Shown piece after piece: positions 10,007 to 19,576 of a stretch of DNA of 64,000 nt. Numbering within the stretch: position 1 is the first letter of the stretch; every line of letters begins with the position of its first letter. The notes beneath the pieces were generated by a model. It did no database searches, had not been told where the DNA came from, and saw nothing but the letters and a program-made list of their open reading frames with translations. The translations under genes were made by a program, and so were the position numbers. This DNA comes from Gammaproteobacteria bacterium (GTDB lineage: Bacteria; Pseudomonadota; Gammaproteobacteria; Eutrophobiales; Eutrophobiaceae): positions 2,648,922 through 2,712,921 of the forward strand of contig OZ251218.1 in assembly GCA_965240365.1 (NCBI GenBank). Reading direction: 5' to 3'.

Positions 10007-12055
10007 ATGAAAGAAAAAACTATCCCCTCCGTGTCCGTGACCTACGCCCAAACCGGCAGTTCGACCAGGTCGAACGAACTGGGCATGCACCCGATGCAGG
10101 AGCGCGCTTACGAAAAACGGGGCGAGCAATACCTGCTGATCAAGTCGCCGCCGGCTTCGGGCAAGAGCCGGGCGCTGATGTTTATCGCCCTCGACAAGCT
10201 GCACAACCAGGGGATCAAGCAGGCCATCATCGCCGTGCCGGAAAAATCCATCGGCGCGAGCTTTCACGATGCGCCGCTTTCGGATTTCGGCTTTTGGGCG
10301 GACTGGCGCGTCGAGCCGAAATGGAACCTGTGCAATGCGCCGGGCGGCGAGGGCGGCAAGGTCAATTCGGTTGGCGCCTTCCTCAAAGGCGATGCCAGAG
10401 TGCTTGTTTGCACCCACGCCACGTTCCGCTTCGCCGTCGATAAGTTCGGCGTTTCGGTGTTCGATGACCGGCTGATCGTGGTGGACGAATTCCACCATGT
10501 CTCGGCCAACCCGGACAACAGGCTCGGCGCGCATCTCGGCGACTTTATCGCCCGCGACAGAGCGCATGTCGTGGCGATGACGGGATCGTATTTTCGGGGT
10601 GATGCCAATCCCGTGCTGATGCCGCATGACGAGGACAGGTTCGATAAGGTCACCTACACCTATTACGAGCAACTCAACGGCTACAAATATCTCAAGCAGC
10701 TTGACATCGGCTACTATTTCTATTCGGGCGCGTATGCGGACGACTTATTGAAGGTCCTCGATCCGACTGAAAAGACCATTATTCACATTCCGTCGGTCAA
10801 TTCGCGCGAGAGCACCAGGGACAAGCACCGCGAAGTCGAGCATATCATCGACGCGCTGGGTAACTGGCAGAGAACCGACGAGAAGACCGGCTTCCAGCTT
10901 GTCAAGACGCCCGCTGGCCGCGTATTGCGGATCGCCGATCTTGTCGATGACGATCCGGCGAAGCGCGACAGGGTTTCGGCGGCGCTGAAAGACCCGGCGG
11001 AGAAAAGCAACCGCGATCATGTGGACATCATTATTGCCCTTGGCATGGCCAAGGAGGGTTTTGACTGGATTTGGTGCGAACACGCATTGACGGTCGGTTA
11101 TCGCTCCAGCCTTACGGAAATCGTGCAGATCATCGGACGCGCGACGCGCGATGCCGAGGGCAAGACTCACGCGCGGTTTACCAATCTGATCGCCGAGCCC
11201 GATGCCTCCGAAGGCGCTGTGACCGAGGCGGTCAACGACACGCTGAAAGCGATTGCGGCCAGCTTGCTCATGGAACAGGTGCTCGCGCCGCGCTTCAATT
11301 TCACACCGAAGAAAACGGATAGCGGGCCGGTCGAAGGGTTCGACTATGGCGAAGGCGGATACGATCCCAATGGCTGCAATGTCGGCGTCCACGAAGAGAG
11401 CGGCCAATTCCAGATCGAGATTAAGGGTTTGACCGAGCCGGAGAGCGAGGAAGCCAGGCGCATCTGTCAGGAAGACCTGAACGAGGTGATCGCCGCTTTC
11501 GTGCAGGACAAGCCGACTGTCGAGCGGGGGATGTTCGATGAGGAACTTGTGCCCGAGGAACTGACACAGGCCCGCATGGGCAAGATCGTCAAGGACAGGT
11601 ATCCCAAACTGGATGACAAAGACCGGGAGGCTGTCCGCCAGCATGCCATCGCCGCCCTGCATCTGACCCAGAAGGCAAAAGAAGCCGCGCTGGAAGAGGG
11701 TGACGGTGAGAAAAACGCCAACACCGCCCTGATTGACGGTGTACGGAAGCTTGCAATGAATGTGCGCGATCTGGATATCGACCTGATCGACCGTATCAAT
11801 CCGTTCAGTGAAGCCTACGCGATCCTCGCCAAGACCATGAGCGAGGCAAGCCTCAAGCAGGTCGCGACCATCATATCCGCGAAGAATGCGCGGCTTACGC
11901 TCGAAGAGGCGCGCGAACTGGCCCGGCGGGCTGTGAAATTCATGCAGGAGCGCGGCAGGCTGCCCTCTATCACTTCGCCCGACGCCTGGGAAAAGCGTAT
12001 GGCCGAGGGCGTCGCCTGTCTGGCCCGCATGAGGGCGGAGGCCGCCGATGGCTAA
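10007..12055 (+). CDS. SF2 DEAD/DEAH-box helicase, YeeB-like
   Basis: SPPASGKS, VVDEFHH, AMTGSYFRGD, MAKEGFDW, QIIGRATRD; ATG at 10007 preferred over the TTG at 9962. Confidence 0.88.
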   Translation: MKEKTIPSVSVTYAQTGSSTRSNELGMHPMQERAYEKRGEQYLLIKSPPASGKSRALMFIALDKLHNQGIKQAIIAVPEKSIGASFHDAPLSDFGFWADWRVEPKWNLCNAPGGEGGKVNSVGAFLKGDARVLVCTHATFRFAVDKFGVSVFDDRLIVVDEFHHVSANPDNRLGAHLGDFIARDRAHVVAMTGSYFRGDANPVLMPHDEDRFDKVTYTYYEQLNGYKYLKQLDIGYYFYSGAYADDLLKVLDPTEKTIIHIPSVNSRESTRDKHREVEHIIDALGNWQRTDEKTGFQLVKTPAGRVLRIADLVDDDPAKRDRVSAALKDPAEKSNRDHVDIIIALGMAKEGFDWIWCEHALTVGYRSSLTEIVQIIGRATRDAEGKTHARFTNLIAEPDASEGAVTEAVNDTLKAIAASLLMEQVLAPRFNFTPKKTDSGPVEGFDYGEGGYDPNGCNVGVHEESGQFQIEIKGLTEPESEEARRICQEDLNEVIAAFVQDKPTVERGMFDEELVPEELTQARMGKIVKDRYPKLDDKDREAVRQHAIAALHLTQKAKEAALEEGDGEKNANTALIDGVRKLAMNVRDLDIDLIDRINPFSEAYAILAKTMSEASLKQVATIISAKNARLTLEEARELARRAVKFMQERGRLPSITSPDAWEKRMAEGVACLARMRAEAADG

Positions 12056-13244
12056 GCAATTCACCGATAAGGACGATGCGCTGCTGGCCGAACTCGGGGT
12101 TGAAGTCGAGGCCAGAAAGACCGCCGCGAGAACGCCGCAAGAAGAACGGGTGATCGCGGGTTTCGAGGAGATTCAGCGCTTCGTCGAGGAGCATGGACAT
12201 CCGCCGCAACACGGCGAGGACAAGGACATCTTTGAACGTCTCTATGCCGTTCGTCTTGACCGGTTGAGGGAACTCGCCGAGTTCAGGCCGCTGCTTGAGC
12301 GCATCGATCAAGACGGGTTGCTCGCCGCCAGCGGTCCCGTTGCCGCGAAGGCTGATGACGATATGGACGATGATGCGCTTCTGGCCGAGCTTGGCGTCGA
12401 AGCGGAAACCGCCGATATCACCGAACTTCGCCATGTGCGGTCCAGGACTGAAAAGAAAGCGGCGGACAAGATTGCCAATCGGCAGAAGTGTGAGGATTTC
12501 GAACACTTTAAACCCTTGTTCGAACAGGTCCAGAATGAACTTGATACGGGGATAAGGGCCACGCGGCCCTTCGAGCGCAAGGCAGAGATTGACTCGGGCC
12601 GTTTTTTTATAGTGAACGGACAGAAGGCTTATGTCGCGGAAATGGACGAGGCTTTCCTGACAGCGCAGGGCATGACGGACGCCCGTCTGCGCGTGATCTT
12701 CGACAACGGCACCGAGAGCAACATGCTGATGCGTTCTCTTCAGAGAGCGCTTCACAAGGACGCCGCCGGCCGTCGGATCACCGAAGCTTCAGCCGGACCG
12801 TTATTCGAAGACCACACCACCGATGAGGACGAGGCGAGCGGCACGATCTATGTGCTGCGAAGCCAATCCGATTTGCCGATAGTGAAGGAGCATCGCAATG
12901 TGCTCCACAAAATTGGCGTGACGAGCGGCAAGGTAGAACGTCGCATCGCCAACGCAAAGATCGACGCGACATTCTTGCTGGCGGATGTCGAGGTCGTCGC
13001 GACCTATGAACTCTACAACATCAACCGCACGAAGCTCGAAAATCTGATCCATCGCATCTTTGATCCGGCCCGCCTCGATATCGAGATCAAAGACCGCTTC
13101 GGAAACCCTGTTGTCCCGCGCGAGTGGTTTCTTGTGCCACTTGCTGTTGTTGATGAGGCGGTCGAACGGATCAAGGATGGGAGTATTAAAAGCTATGTGT
13201 ATAATCCGCAAGAAGCCCGCCTTGTAGAGAAGAACGCGGAATGA
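12048..13244 (+). CDS. GIY-YIG/T5orf172-type nuclease, YeeC-like
   Basis: C-terminal GTIYVLRS...HKIGVT...RRIANA...LENLIHRIF...PREWFLVP; overlaps the helicase stop. Confidence 0.85.
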   Translation: MAKQFTDKDDALLAELGVEVEARKTAARTPQEERVIAGFEEIQRFVEEHGHPPQHGEDKDIFERLYAVRLDRLRELAEFRPLLERIDQDGLLAASGPVAAKADDDMDDDALLAELGVEAETADITELRHVRSRTEKKAADKIANRQKCEDFEHFKPLFEQVQNELDTGIRATRPFERKAEIDSGRFFIVNGQKAYVAEMDEAFLTAQGMTDARLRVIFDNGTESNMLMRSLQRALHKDAAGRRITEASAGPLFEDHTTDEDEASGTIYVLRSQSDLPIVKEHRNVLHKIGVTSGKVERRIANAKIDATFLLADVEVVATYELYNINRTKLENLIHRIFDPARLDIEIKDRFGNPVVPREWFLVPLAVVDEAVERIKDGSIKSYVYNPQEARLVEKNAE

Positions 13245-13357
13245 CTGACGCTTCGACAGAGGAGTTTGAACTTGCTACGCGGGATATTCCCGAACCGTCA
13301 CAGCAAGGTGGTGTGTCGTCCGGGAAGGTTGTCCAATGCAAATGATGGAGAATCATT

Positions 13358-13940
13358 ATGCTAACTGTTGAAAGAGATCATTTTAGACGAGCGGCTCTGG
13401 AGATTGGTCAGAGCGGCGAGAACGATACGCTTCCATATGATATTGACGCAAGTTTTATCCGGGATAAGGCTGATGTGCTGTCACAGATATGTTTCAGCTT
13501 ATATGAAAGCGTCAATAGTAAATCTGTAGAAGACGCAAGAATCTTTATGAGTGGACTAAAGATTGAGTCCGAGCGTCCACTTGTTCCCGCCGGTTCTCAT
13601 GGATTTCGTATCACGACAAAGATTCACCCGTTCTGAAACTTGTATTTAAATGGTATTGGCTTTGCGATTGCCGCCGCGAATGAAGTTAATCGTAGCGAGA
13701 TGATTTCACATTGATCTGTGCTTCCCCAAAAGACGCATATACAGCGCTTTCCACTTTATCAAACTCACTGGCAGATTACGGCCTTTCGCTGAATCGCACA
13801 AAGACCGCAACACTTAGCGCCAAGCATTATTCGGAATATGTTGCAGTTCAACTAGGGCATGGCGACGAAACAAGCATTGCTCTGCGGGAGCTTGATCTTC
13901 ACTTTGATCCGTATTCAAACGCAGCTCAGGCTCAGGAGGA
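13358..13940 (+). pseudogene. Reverse transcriptase remnant of UG/Abi (DRT-like) type
   Basis: NDTLPYD...GFRITTKIHPF*NLYLNG (W codon turned TGA); deletion jump to DDFTLIC (catalytic DD, 13699-13704); YGLSLNRTKT motif 7; truncated against hsdR. Confidence 0.7.
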
Positions 13941-15043
13941 ACGGTTTTCCCGGCAGCCAGATTGCGGACAAGGTGCGGCAGGACCCGTACCGTTTTCTGA
14001 TCGTCGCCGACAAGTTTCAGACCGGCTACGACGAACCGTTGCTGCACAGCATGTATGTGGACAAGACGCTCTCCGGTATTAAAGCGGTGCAGACGCTTTC
14101 ACGCCTCAATCGCGCCCATCCGAAAAAGCGCGACACCTTTGTGCTCGATTTTTGCAACGACTCCGAAACTATCCAGCAGTCGTTCGAACCCTATTACCGC
14201 ACTACCCTGCTCAGCGACGAAACCGACCCCAACAAGCTGCACAATCTGAAATCTGATTTAGACGGCTGCCAGGTTTATTCGCGGGCGCAAATCGACGATC
14301 TGGTGGAACGCTATCTAAGCGGCGCGGAACGCGACCGGCTTGATCCGATTCTGGATGCCTGTGTGATGGCCTATAAAGACGATCTCGATGAAGACGGCCA
14401 GGTGGATTTCAAGAGTAATGCCAAGGTGTTCGTGCGCACCTACGGTTTCCTGGCGGCCATCCTGCCGTACTCGAATGCCGACTGGGAAAAGCTGTCGATC
14501 TTCCTGAACTTTCTGATCCCAAAACTCCCCGCGCCCAGGGAAGACGATCTCTCCCGCGGCATCCTGGAAGCCATCGACATGGACAGCTACCGTGTCGAGG
14601 TCAAAGCCAGCCTGGCGATCGGCCTTGCGGATCAGGACGCCGAAATCGAGCCGGTTCCGACCAGCGGCGGCGGCCACAAGCCGGAACCGGAACTGGACCA
14701 ACTGAGCAGGATTATCGAGGCGTTCAACGACCAGTTCGGCAATATCGACTGGAAGGACGGCGACAAAATCCGCAGGGTCATCGCCGAAGAAATCCCGGCC
14801 AGGGTCGCGGCGGACACGGCCTACCAGAACGCCATGCAAAACAACGACAGGGAAAACGCCCGCATCGAGCACGATGCCGCGCTGCAACGGGTCATAACCG
14901 ACCTGTTTGCCGATCACGCCGAGCTATTCAAGCAATTCAGCGATAATCGATCGTTTGAGAAATGGCTGGGTGACACTATTTTTGGTGTGACCTATCGAGA
15001 GCAAAGCAGAGAATCCGCAGCGGGAGAGCGTTATGGACGTTAA
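13940..15043 (+). pseudogene. hsdR: Type I RM restriction subunit, C-terminal fragment
   Basis: YRFLIVADKFQTGYDEPLLHSMYVDK, AVQTLSRLNRAHP, TFVLDF; N-terminal nuclease and helicase motifs absent. Confidence 0.88.
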
Positions 15044-15051
15044 GGCCGCTG
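14851..15051 (+). repeat. ~200-bp diverged direct repeat, copy 1 (hsdR 3' end plus first codons of the mrr-like gene)
   Basis: Aligns with 18148-18349, including AAATGGCTGGGTGACACTAT and TTATGGACGTTAAGGCCGCTG. Confidence 0.85.
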
Positions 15052-15134
15052 GCATAACATAAAGCAATCACCGGGAAGTCGGGTTCTTTCGCGGTGACTT
15101 CAATTGTGCAAAACGCCTATATCGCAGGCCATAT

Positions 15135-17717
15135 TCACGGTCGCTTTGCGAGGAATGTCTCCAGATTACGGCGCAGTTTCACTGAATCTGGATGGTCTGG
15201 GAACGCGCGCTCCATGATTTCCACCGCTTTGCGGTAAAGCGGCTCGGCCTCGTCGTAGCGCCCCTGCGCATTCAGGTTGTAGGCGACATTGTTGTAGCTC
15301 CACGCCGTGTCGGGATGCGTCTCGCCGAGCGCCTGCTTGCGTATCTCAAGTCCCTTGCGGAAAAGCGGCTCGGCCTCCGCGTAGTGCCCCTGCGCATTGA
15401 GATTGCCGGCGACATTGTTGTAGCTTGCCGCCGTGTCGGGATGCGTCTTGCCGAGCATCTGCCTGCGTATCTCAAGTCCCTTGCGGAAAAGCGGCTCGGC
15501 CTCCGTGTAGTGTCCCTGTGCATCGAGGTTGCCGGCGACATTATTGTAGCTCGTCGCCGTGTCGGGATGTGCCTCACCGAGCGTCTGCTTGCGTATCTCA
15601 AGCCCCTTTCGGGAAAGCGTCTCGGCCTCCGCGTAGCGCCTCTGCGCATTCAAGTTGTAAGCGACATTGTTGTAGCTCGTCGCCGTGTCAGGGTGCGCCT
15701 CACCGAGCGCCTGCTTACTTATCTCAAGCCCCTTACGGTAAAGCGGCTCGGCCTCCACGTAGCGCCCCTGCGCATCAAGGTTGCAGGCAATGTTGTTGTA
15801 ACTTGCCGCCGTGTCGTGATGCGTATCGCCGAGCGTCTGCTTGCGTATCTCAAGCCCATTGCGGTGAAGCGGCTCCGCCTCCTTGTAGCGCCCCTGCGCA
15901 TCGAGGTTTAAGGCAATATTGTTGTAGCTCGCCGCCGTGTTGGGATGCGTATCGCCGAGCGCCTGTTTGATTATCTCAAGCCCCTTGCGGTAAAGCCGCT
16001 CGGCCTCCGCGTAGCGCCCCTGCGCATTGAGGTTTAAGGCAAGGTCGTTGTAGCTCGCCGCCGTGTCGGGATGTTCCTCGCCTAAATTCTCCTCAATAAA
16101 ACCCAATGTATCACGCCAGATCAGTTCACCCATGCGCGCCCAGGCCGCAACTCGAAACGGCTCCATTAACCGAGAAAGCCAGGACACAAAATCTTCCGCG
16201 CCCAACTGTTGACGCAAGGCCACCGCTTCAAACAGGGCAAGGCGATGGATTTCATGGATGTCTTTGGGTGAGGGTGGTGTTGCGCGCGGTTCGTAATGCG
16301 CCAATAACCCGGCCGCGGTTTCCCGGTGGCGGTCTGCCTCAAGACTTGACCGCAGCACATCACGGATCGCCCGGTGCAGCGTCAGAAAACCCGCTTCACC
16401 CGCGCTGACAAAAGACAGGCCCGCAAGCCGGTCGAAGGCATCCTTCGCCAGGCCCGTGCCAAATTTGTCGATCACGTAACCGAAGGTCAACTTATCAAAC
16501 CGGTCGGCAACGCACAGCCGTTTCAGTGTGTATTCCCATGCCTCGCCATAATCGCGCAACAGCCGGTCCAGAATCTTTTGACAACGTGCTCTGAAATCCG
16601 GGTCCGTGACTTTGAAGTCCTCGGGCTTCGGCGTGTCATTCCGCTTTGTCATTTCCCCCCAATGCGCGATCTGAAGGTCCAGAAACAGCGGATAGGCCAG
16701 GGCGTCCGCGTGCAGGCTATCCCGCGCCCCGTCGATCATCGCGGCGCGCAGGGCGGCATCCGTGACACCGGCCTTTTTCAGCCATTGTTCGGCATCCGGG
16801 TCTTGCAGACCCTCCAGCGCGTGCTGGCAACTCGCCAGATCGGCCCGCCAATCCGGGTCGTCTTCCCATGGCAGGGGCTCGCGGGTAAAAAAGACCGCTA
16901 ACAGGCCGTTTGTCTCCGCCACAACCCTACGCATCAAGCGGTCGAAGGGGTTCTCCTCCCAACACTTGCCGGCGCCGCCCTGGTCGAAAACCCGCTCATA
17001 TTCATCGACCAGCAGCACGAAGCGATCCCCTGTATGCTTTGACAGATGATAGTTCAGGTCTTGCGCCAACATCCAGGGCATGAGGTCCGACAGTTCATAC
17101 GGCTTTTTAAGCCGGCCTTTGGAATAAAGTTCAGCCAGATAGTCGCGTGTATGATGAAGCCATGCCGATTTGGAGCGATCCATAAACCAGTTCGCGCCGC
17201 GTGTTATCAATGGCCCCAGCAGCGGAATGGTTTCAACCGTCTCTTCCGCCATTTCCCGAACCGCCGTTACGCCATCGCCGGCGCCATCACCGATAAGCTC
17301 CTGTGTTTTCGCCAGCCACGCATTTTCAATTTTGGGGAAGGGCTCTTCGGGGCGATATTCCTGCCACGCAATGTCAAATGCCAGATCGAAGGCCGGGCAA
17401 CTTACACCGGCGCGAACAAACCCGTTGCGTATCCGGGCCAGCAATAAATCCGGATCCGATTTGTCACGCCCGTGCAGGTCAAGCTCGGCAACACGAGGCT
17501 TTGCGCGATTTTCAGCCTTGGCCGCCGCAGACAGACGTCGCGCTATATGCCGGCATAATGCGGTCTTGCCCTGGCCACCGGGGCCATAAAACACCAGCAC
17601 TTTGCTGTCCGCGTTGCCAAGCTCAGACACGGCGCGCTCGATCATGCCAATCGGCCCATCACGATTTACGAAAATATCGCGGGTGGTTTTCAATATATCC
17701 CTGCGCGGTCCGGCCAT
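15135..17717 (-). CDS. P-loop NTPase (STAND-like) with seven 42-aa TPR repeats
   Basis: VFYGPGGQGKTAL, VLLVDEYE; C-terminal HPDTAxSYNNxAxNLxAQGxYxEAEPLxRKGLEI repeats (126-bp period). Confidence 0.85.
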   Translation of the reverse strand: MAGPRRDILKTTRDIFVNRDGPIGMIERAVSELGNADSKVLVFYGPGGQGKTALCRHIARRLSAAAKAENRAKPRVAELDLHGRDKSDPDLLLARIRNGFVRAGVSCPAFDLAFDIAWQEYRPEEPFPKIENAWLAKTQELIGDGAGDGVTAVREMAEETVETIPLLGPLITRGANWFMDRSKSAWLHHTRDYLAELYSKGRLKKPYELSDLMPWMLAQDLNYHLSKHTGDRFVLLVDEYERVFDQGGAGKCWEENPFDRLMRRVVAETNGLLAVFFTREPLPWEDDPDWRADLASCQHALEGLQDPDAEQWLKKAGVTDAALRAAMIDGARDSLHADALAYPLFLDLQIAHWGEMTKRNDTPKPEDFKVTDPDFRARCQKILDRLLRDYGEAWEYTLKRLCVADRFDKLTFGYVIDKFGTGLAKDAFDRLAGLSFVSAGEAGFLTLHRAIRDVLRSSLEADRHRETAAGLLAHYEPRATPPSPKDIHEIHRLALFEAVALRQQLGAEDFVSWLSRLMEPFRVAAWARMGELIWRDTLGFIEENLGEEHPDTAASYNDLALNLNAQGRYAEAERLYRKGLEIIKQALGDTHPNTAASYNNIALNLDAQGRYKEAEPLHRNGLEIRKQTLGDTHHDTAASYNNIACNLDAQGRYVEAEPLYRKGLEISKQALGEAHPDTATSYNNVAYNLNAQRRYAEAETLSRKGLEIRKQTLGEAHPDTATSYNNVAGNLDAQGHYTEAEPLFRKGLEIRRQMLGKTHPDTAASYNNVAGNLNAQGHYAEAEPLFRKGLEIRKQALGETHPDTAWSYNNVAYNLNAQGRYDEAEPLYRKAVEIMERAFPDHPDSVKLRRNLETFLAKRP

Positions 17718-17839
17718 AATCGGTATTCCTGGATTCGGTTAAGCGATAAACAATTATAACGGGGTCACGCCAGAACTTTAAGGTTTTCGCGCATTATGAC
17801 CGGCGCGTTGCGTTCAACGACCCGTTCGGCAATATCGAC

Positions 17840-18148
17840 TTTTAGATGAGGTGACCCTGCATTCCTGCTAAAGCCCTGTCCGCAGCAGGCAGACAGGATA
17901 ACGGAAAGCTAAAACAACACCCCGTCGTCATTCCGGCGAAGGCCGGAATCCAGGAGGGCGGGCCGGGATGTGAAATCAGCGCCAGTCCTGTCTAATTGTC
18001 ATTCCCGCCCGGGCGGGAATGTATGGCATAAACCACTGGATTCCGGCCTTCGCCGGAATGACGGCGGGGGCGATAGGCGCATTATGAGCAATACTAACGA
18101 TACCGTGGCCAGGATAGCTGGCACCTTATTTTAGATGAGGTGACCCTG
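17840..18148. repeat. REP-palindrome block flanked by a 20-bp perfect direct repeat TTTTAGATGAGGTGACCCTG
   Basis: DR at 17840-17859 and 18129-18148; REP hairpins at 17927-17952, ~17999-18021 and ~18037-18063. Confidence 0.75.
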
Positions 18149-18349
18149 GAAAAACGCCCGAATCGGGCACGATGCCGCGCTGAAACGGGTTATAATCGAC
18201 CCGTTCGCGGATCACGCCGAGTTATTAAAGCAATTCAGCGACAATCGATCATTCGAAAAATGGCTGGGTGACACTATCTTTGGTGTGACCTATCAACAAC
18301 AGGGTGGATAACCCGCAACGGGAGAGCATTATGGACGTTAAGGCCGCTG
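18148..18349 (+). repeat. ~200-bp diverged direct repeat, copy 2
   Basis: See 14851-15051; this copy supplies the start of the mrr-like gene. Confidence 0.85.
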
Positions 18350-19356
18350 CCATTCGGGTCTTGCGGCAGGCGGGAACGGCATTGCACGCCAGGGACATTG
18401 CCGCGCGGATGATGGCCGCCGGTCTCTGGCAATCGCGGGGCAAGACCCCGGCTGCCACGGTCGCCGCCCGGCTTTATTCTGACATCAAGCAGGCGGGGAA
18501 CCGATCGCCCTTCATCAAGGCGGGCGCCCAGACCTTCGCCCTGCGGGATTCTGCTGAAATGCCGAGCGGCGGCGGGCCGGCTGCCACGGCCGTTGAAAAA
18601 TTACCAAAACCCTCCGCCGCGAACGCGGGCTTTTCCTTTTCCGATTGCGCCGAGAAGGTGCTTGAAGCGTTCGGCGACAAGCAGCCGATGCACTACAAAA
18701 GGATCACCGAGAAGGCTTTGCAGGAAGGCTGGCTGATTACGGGCGGCAAGACGCCGGAAGCCACGATGTACGCCCAGATAATCAGCGAGACCAGGCGCCG
18801 GCAGAGACGCGGCGAGCGCCCCCGCTTTGTCCGACACGGCCGTGGCTATGTGGGCCTGAGCCAATGGCAGGGGCGCGGGCTGACGTTCGAGATCGAACAG
18901 CACAACCTCCGGGTCGGGGAGGCGCTGCGCGAGAAATTACGGGCCATGAAGCCCGATAAGTTTGAAGAACTCATCGAGCAGTTATTGCCGGAGATGGGTT
19001 TTGAGAAGGTCGAGTTGACCAGATTCAGAGGCGACGGCGGCATTGATGTCCGGGGCGACCTGGTGATAAGCGATGTGATCCGCATCAGGATGGCCGTTCA
19101 GGTCAAGCGATGGGGGAAGAAAAACATCCAGGCCCCGGTAGTGCAGCAAGTGCGCGGCAGCCTGGGCGTGCACGAGCAGGGTATGATCATCACCACCAGC
19201 GATTTCAGCCCGGGCGCCGTCAGGGAAGCCGCCCAGCCAGACAAGAACCCCATCGCCCTGATGAACGGGCAACAACTTGTCATGCTGCTCATGGAACACG
19301 GTATCGGCGTCCACCGCTCAAGGCCGGATTTATTTGAGATCGATGAAGAATTCTGA
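18331..19356 (+). CDS. Mrr-family restriction endonuclease with two N-terminal HARE-HTH domains
   Basis: Two GKTPxAT-containing winged-helix units; DGGIDV...VQVKRW...GMIITTSDFS Mrr catalytic domain. Confidence 0.85.
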   Translation: MDVKAAAIRVLRQAGTALHARDIAARMMAAGLWQSRGKTPAATVAARLYSDIKQAGNRSPFIKAGAQTFALRDSAEMPSGGGPAATAVEKLPKPSAANAGFSFSDCAEKVLEAFGDKQPMHYKRITEKALQEGWLITGGKTPEATMYAQIISETRRRQRRGERPRFVRHGRGYVGLSQWQGRGLTFEIEQHNLRVGEALREKLRAMKPDKFEELIEQLLPEMGFEKVELTRFRGDGGIDVRGDLVISDVIRIRMAVQVKRWGKKNIQAPVVQQVRGSLGVHEQGMIITTSDFSPGAVREAAQPDKNPIALMNGQQLVMLLMEHGIGVHRSRPDLFEIDEEF

Positions 19357-19576
19357 CCGCCTGATAATGCAAACAGGATCAGCATTGTTTCTGGCAGGCA
19401 TGGCTGTGGCAGGCGTAGAATGTGGAGGGTGGTTGGACAATATTTAGCGTTACCGTGCCGGGTTAAATCAGTCCGGCCGCTCGCGGACGCTTGAGCGCGG
19501 TCCGGCGAGAGAAACCGGAAGCGGCCCTTAAAATCCGGGCAGCGGTATTGTTGGACGGGATAGAAGCGCAGGATTA

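Noticed and set aside
5761-12755. Minus-strand ORFs over hsdM and yeeA/B/C (e.g. 5761-6312, 10745-12064, 11970-12755)
   Set aside because: Fully overlap well-supported plus-strand genes; no independent motifs
13250-13360. Retron msr-msd upstream of the RT remnant
   Set aside because: The gap is only ~110 bp with no a1/a2 inverted repeats visible; the N-terminal motifs are not retron-like
13859-13940. N-terminal extension of ORF 13859-15043 as a real hsdR start
   Set aside because: It is an off-frame reading of the RT remnant; HsdR similarity starts only at ~13940
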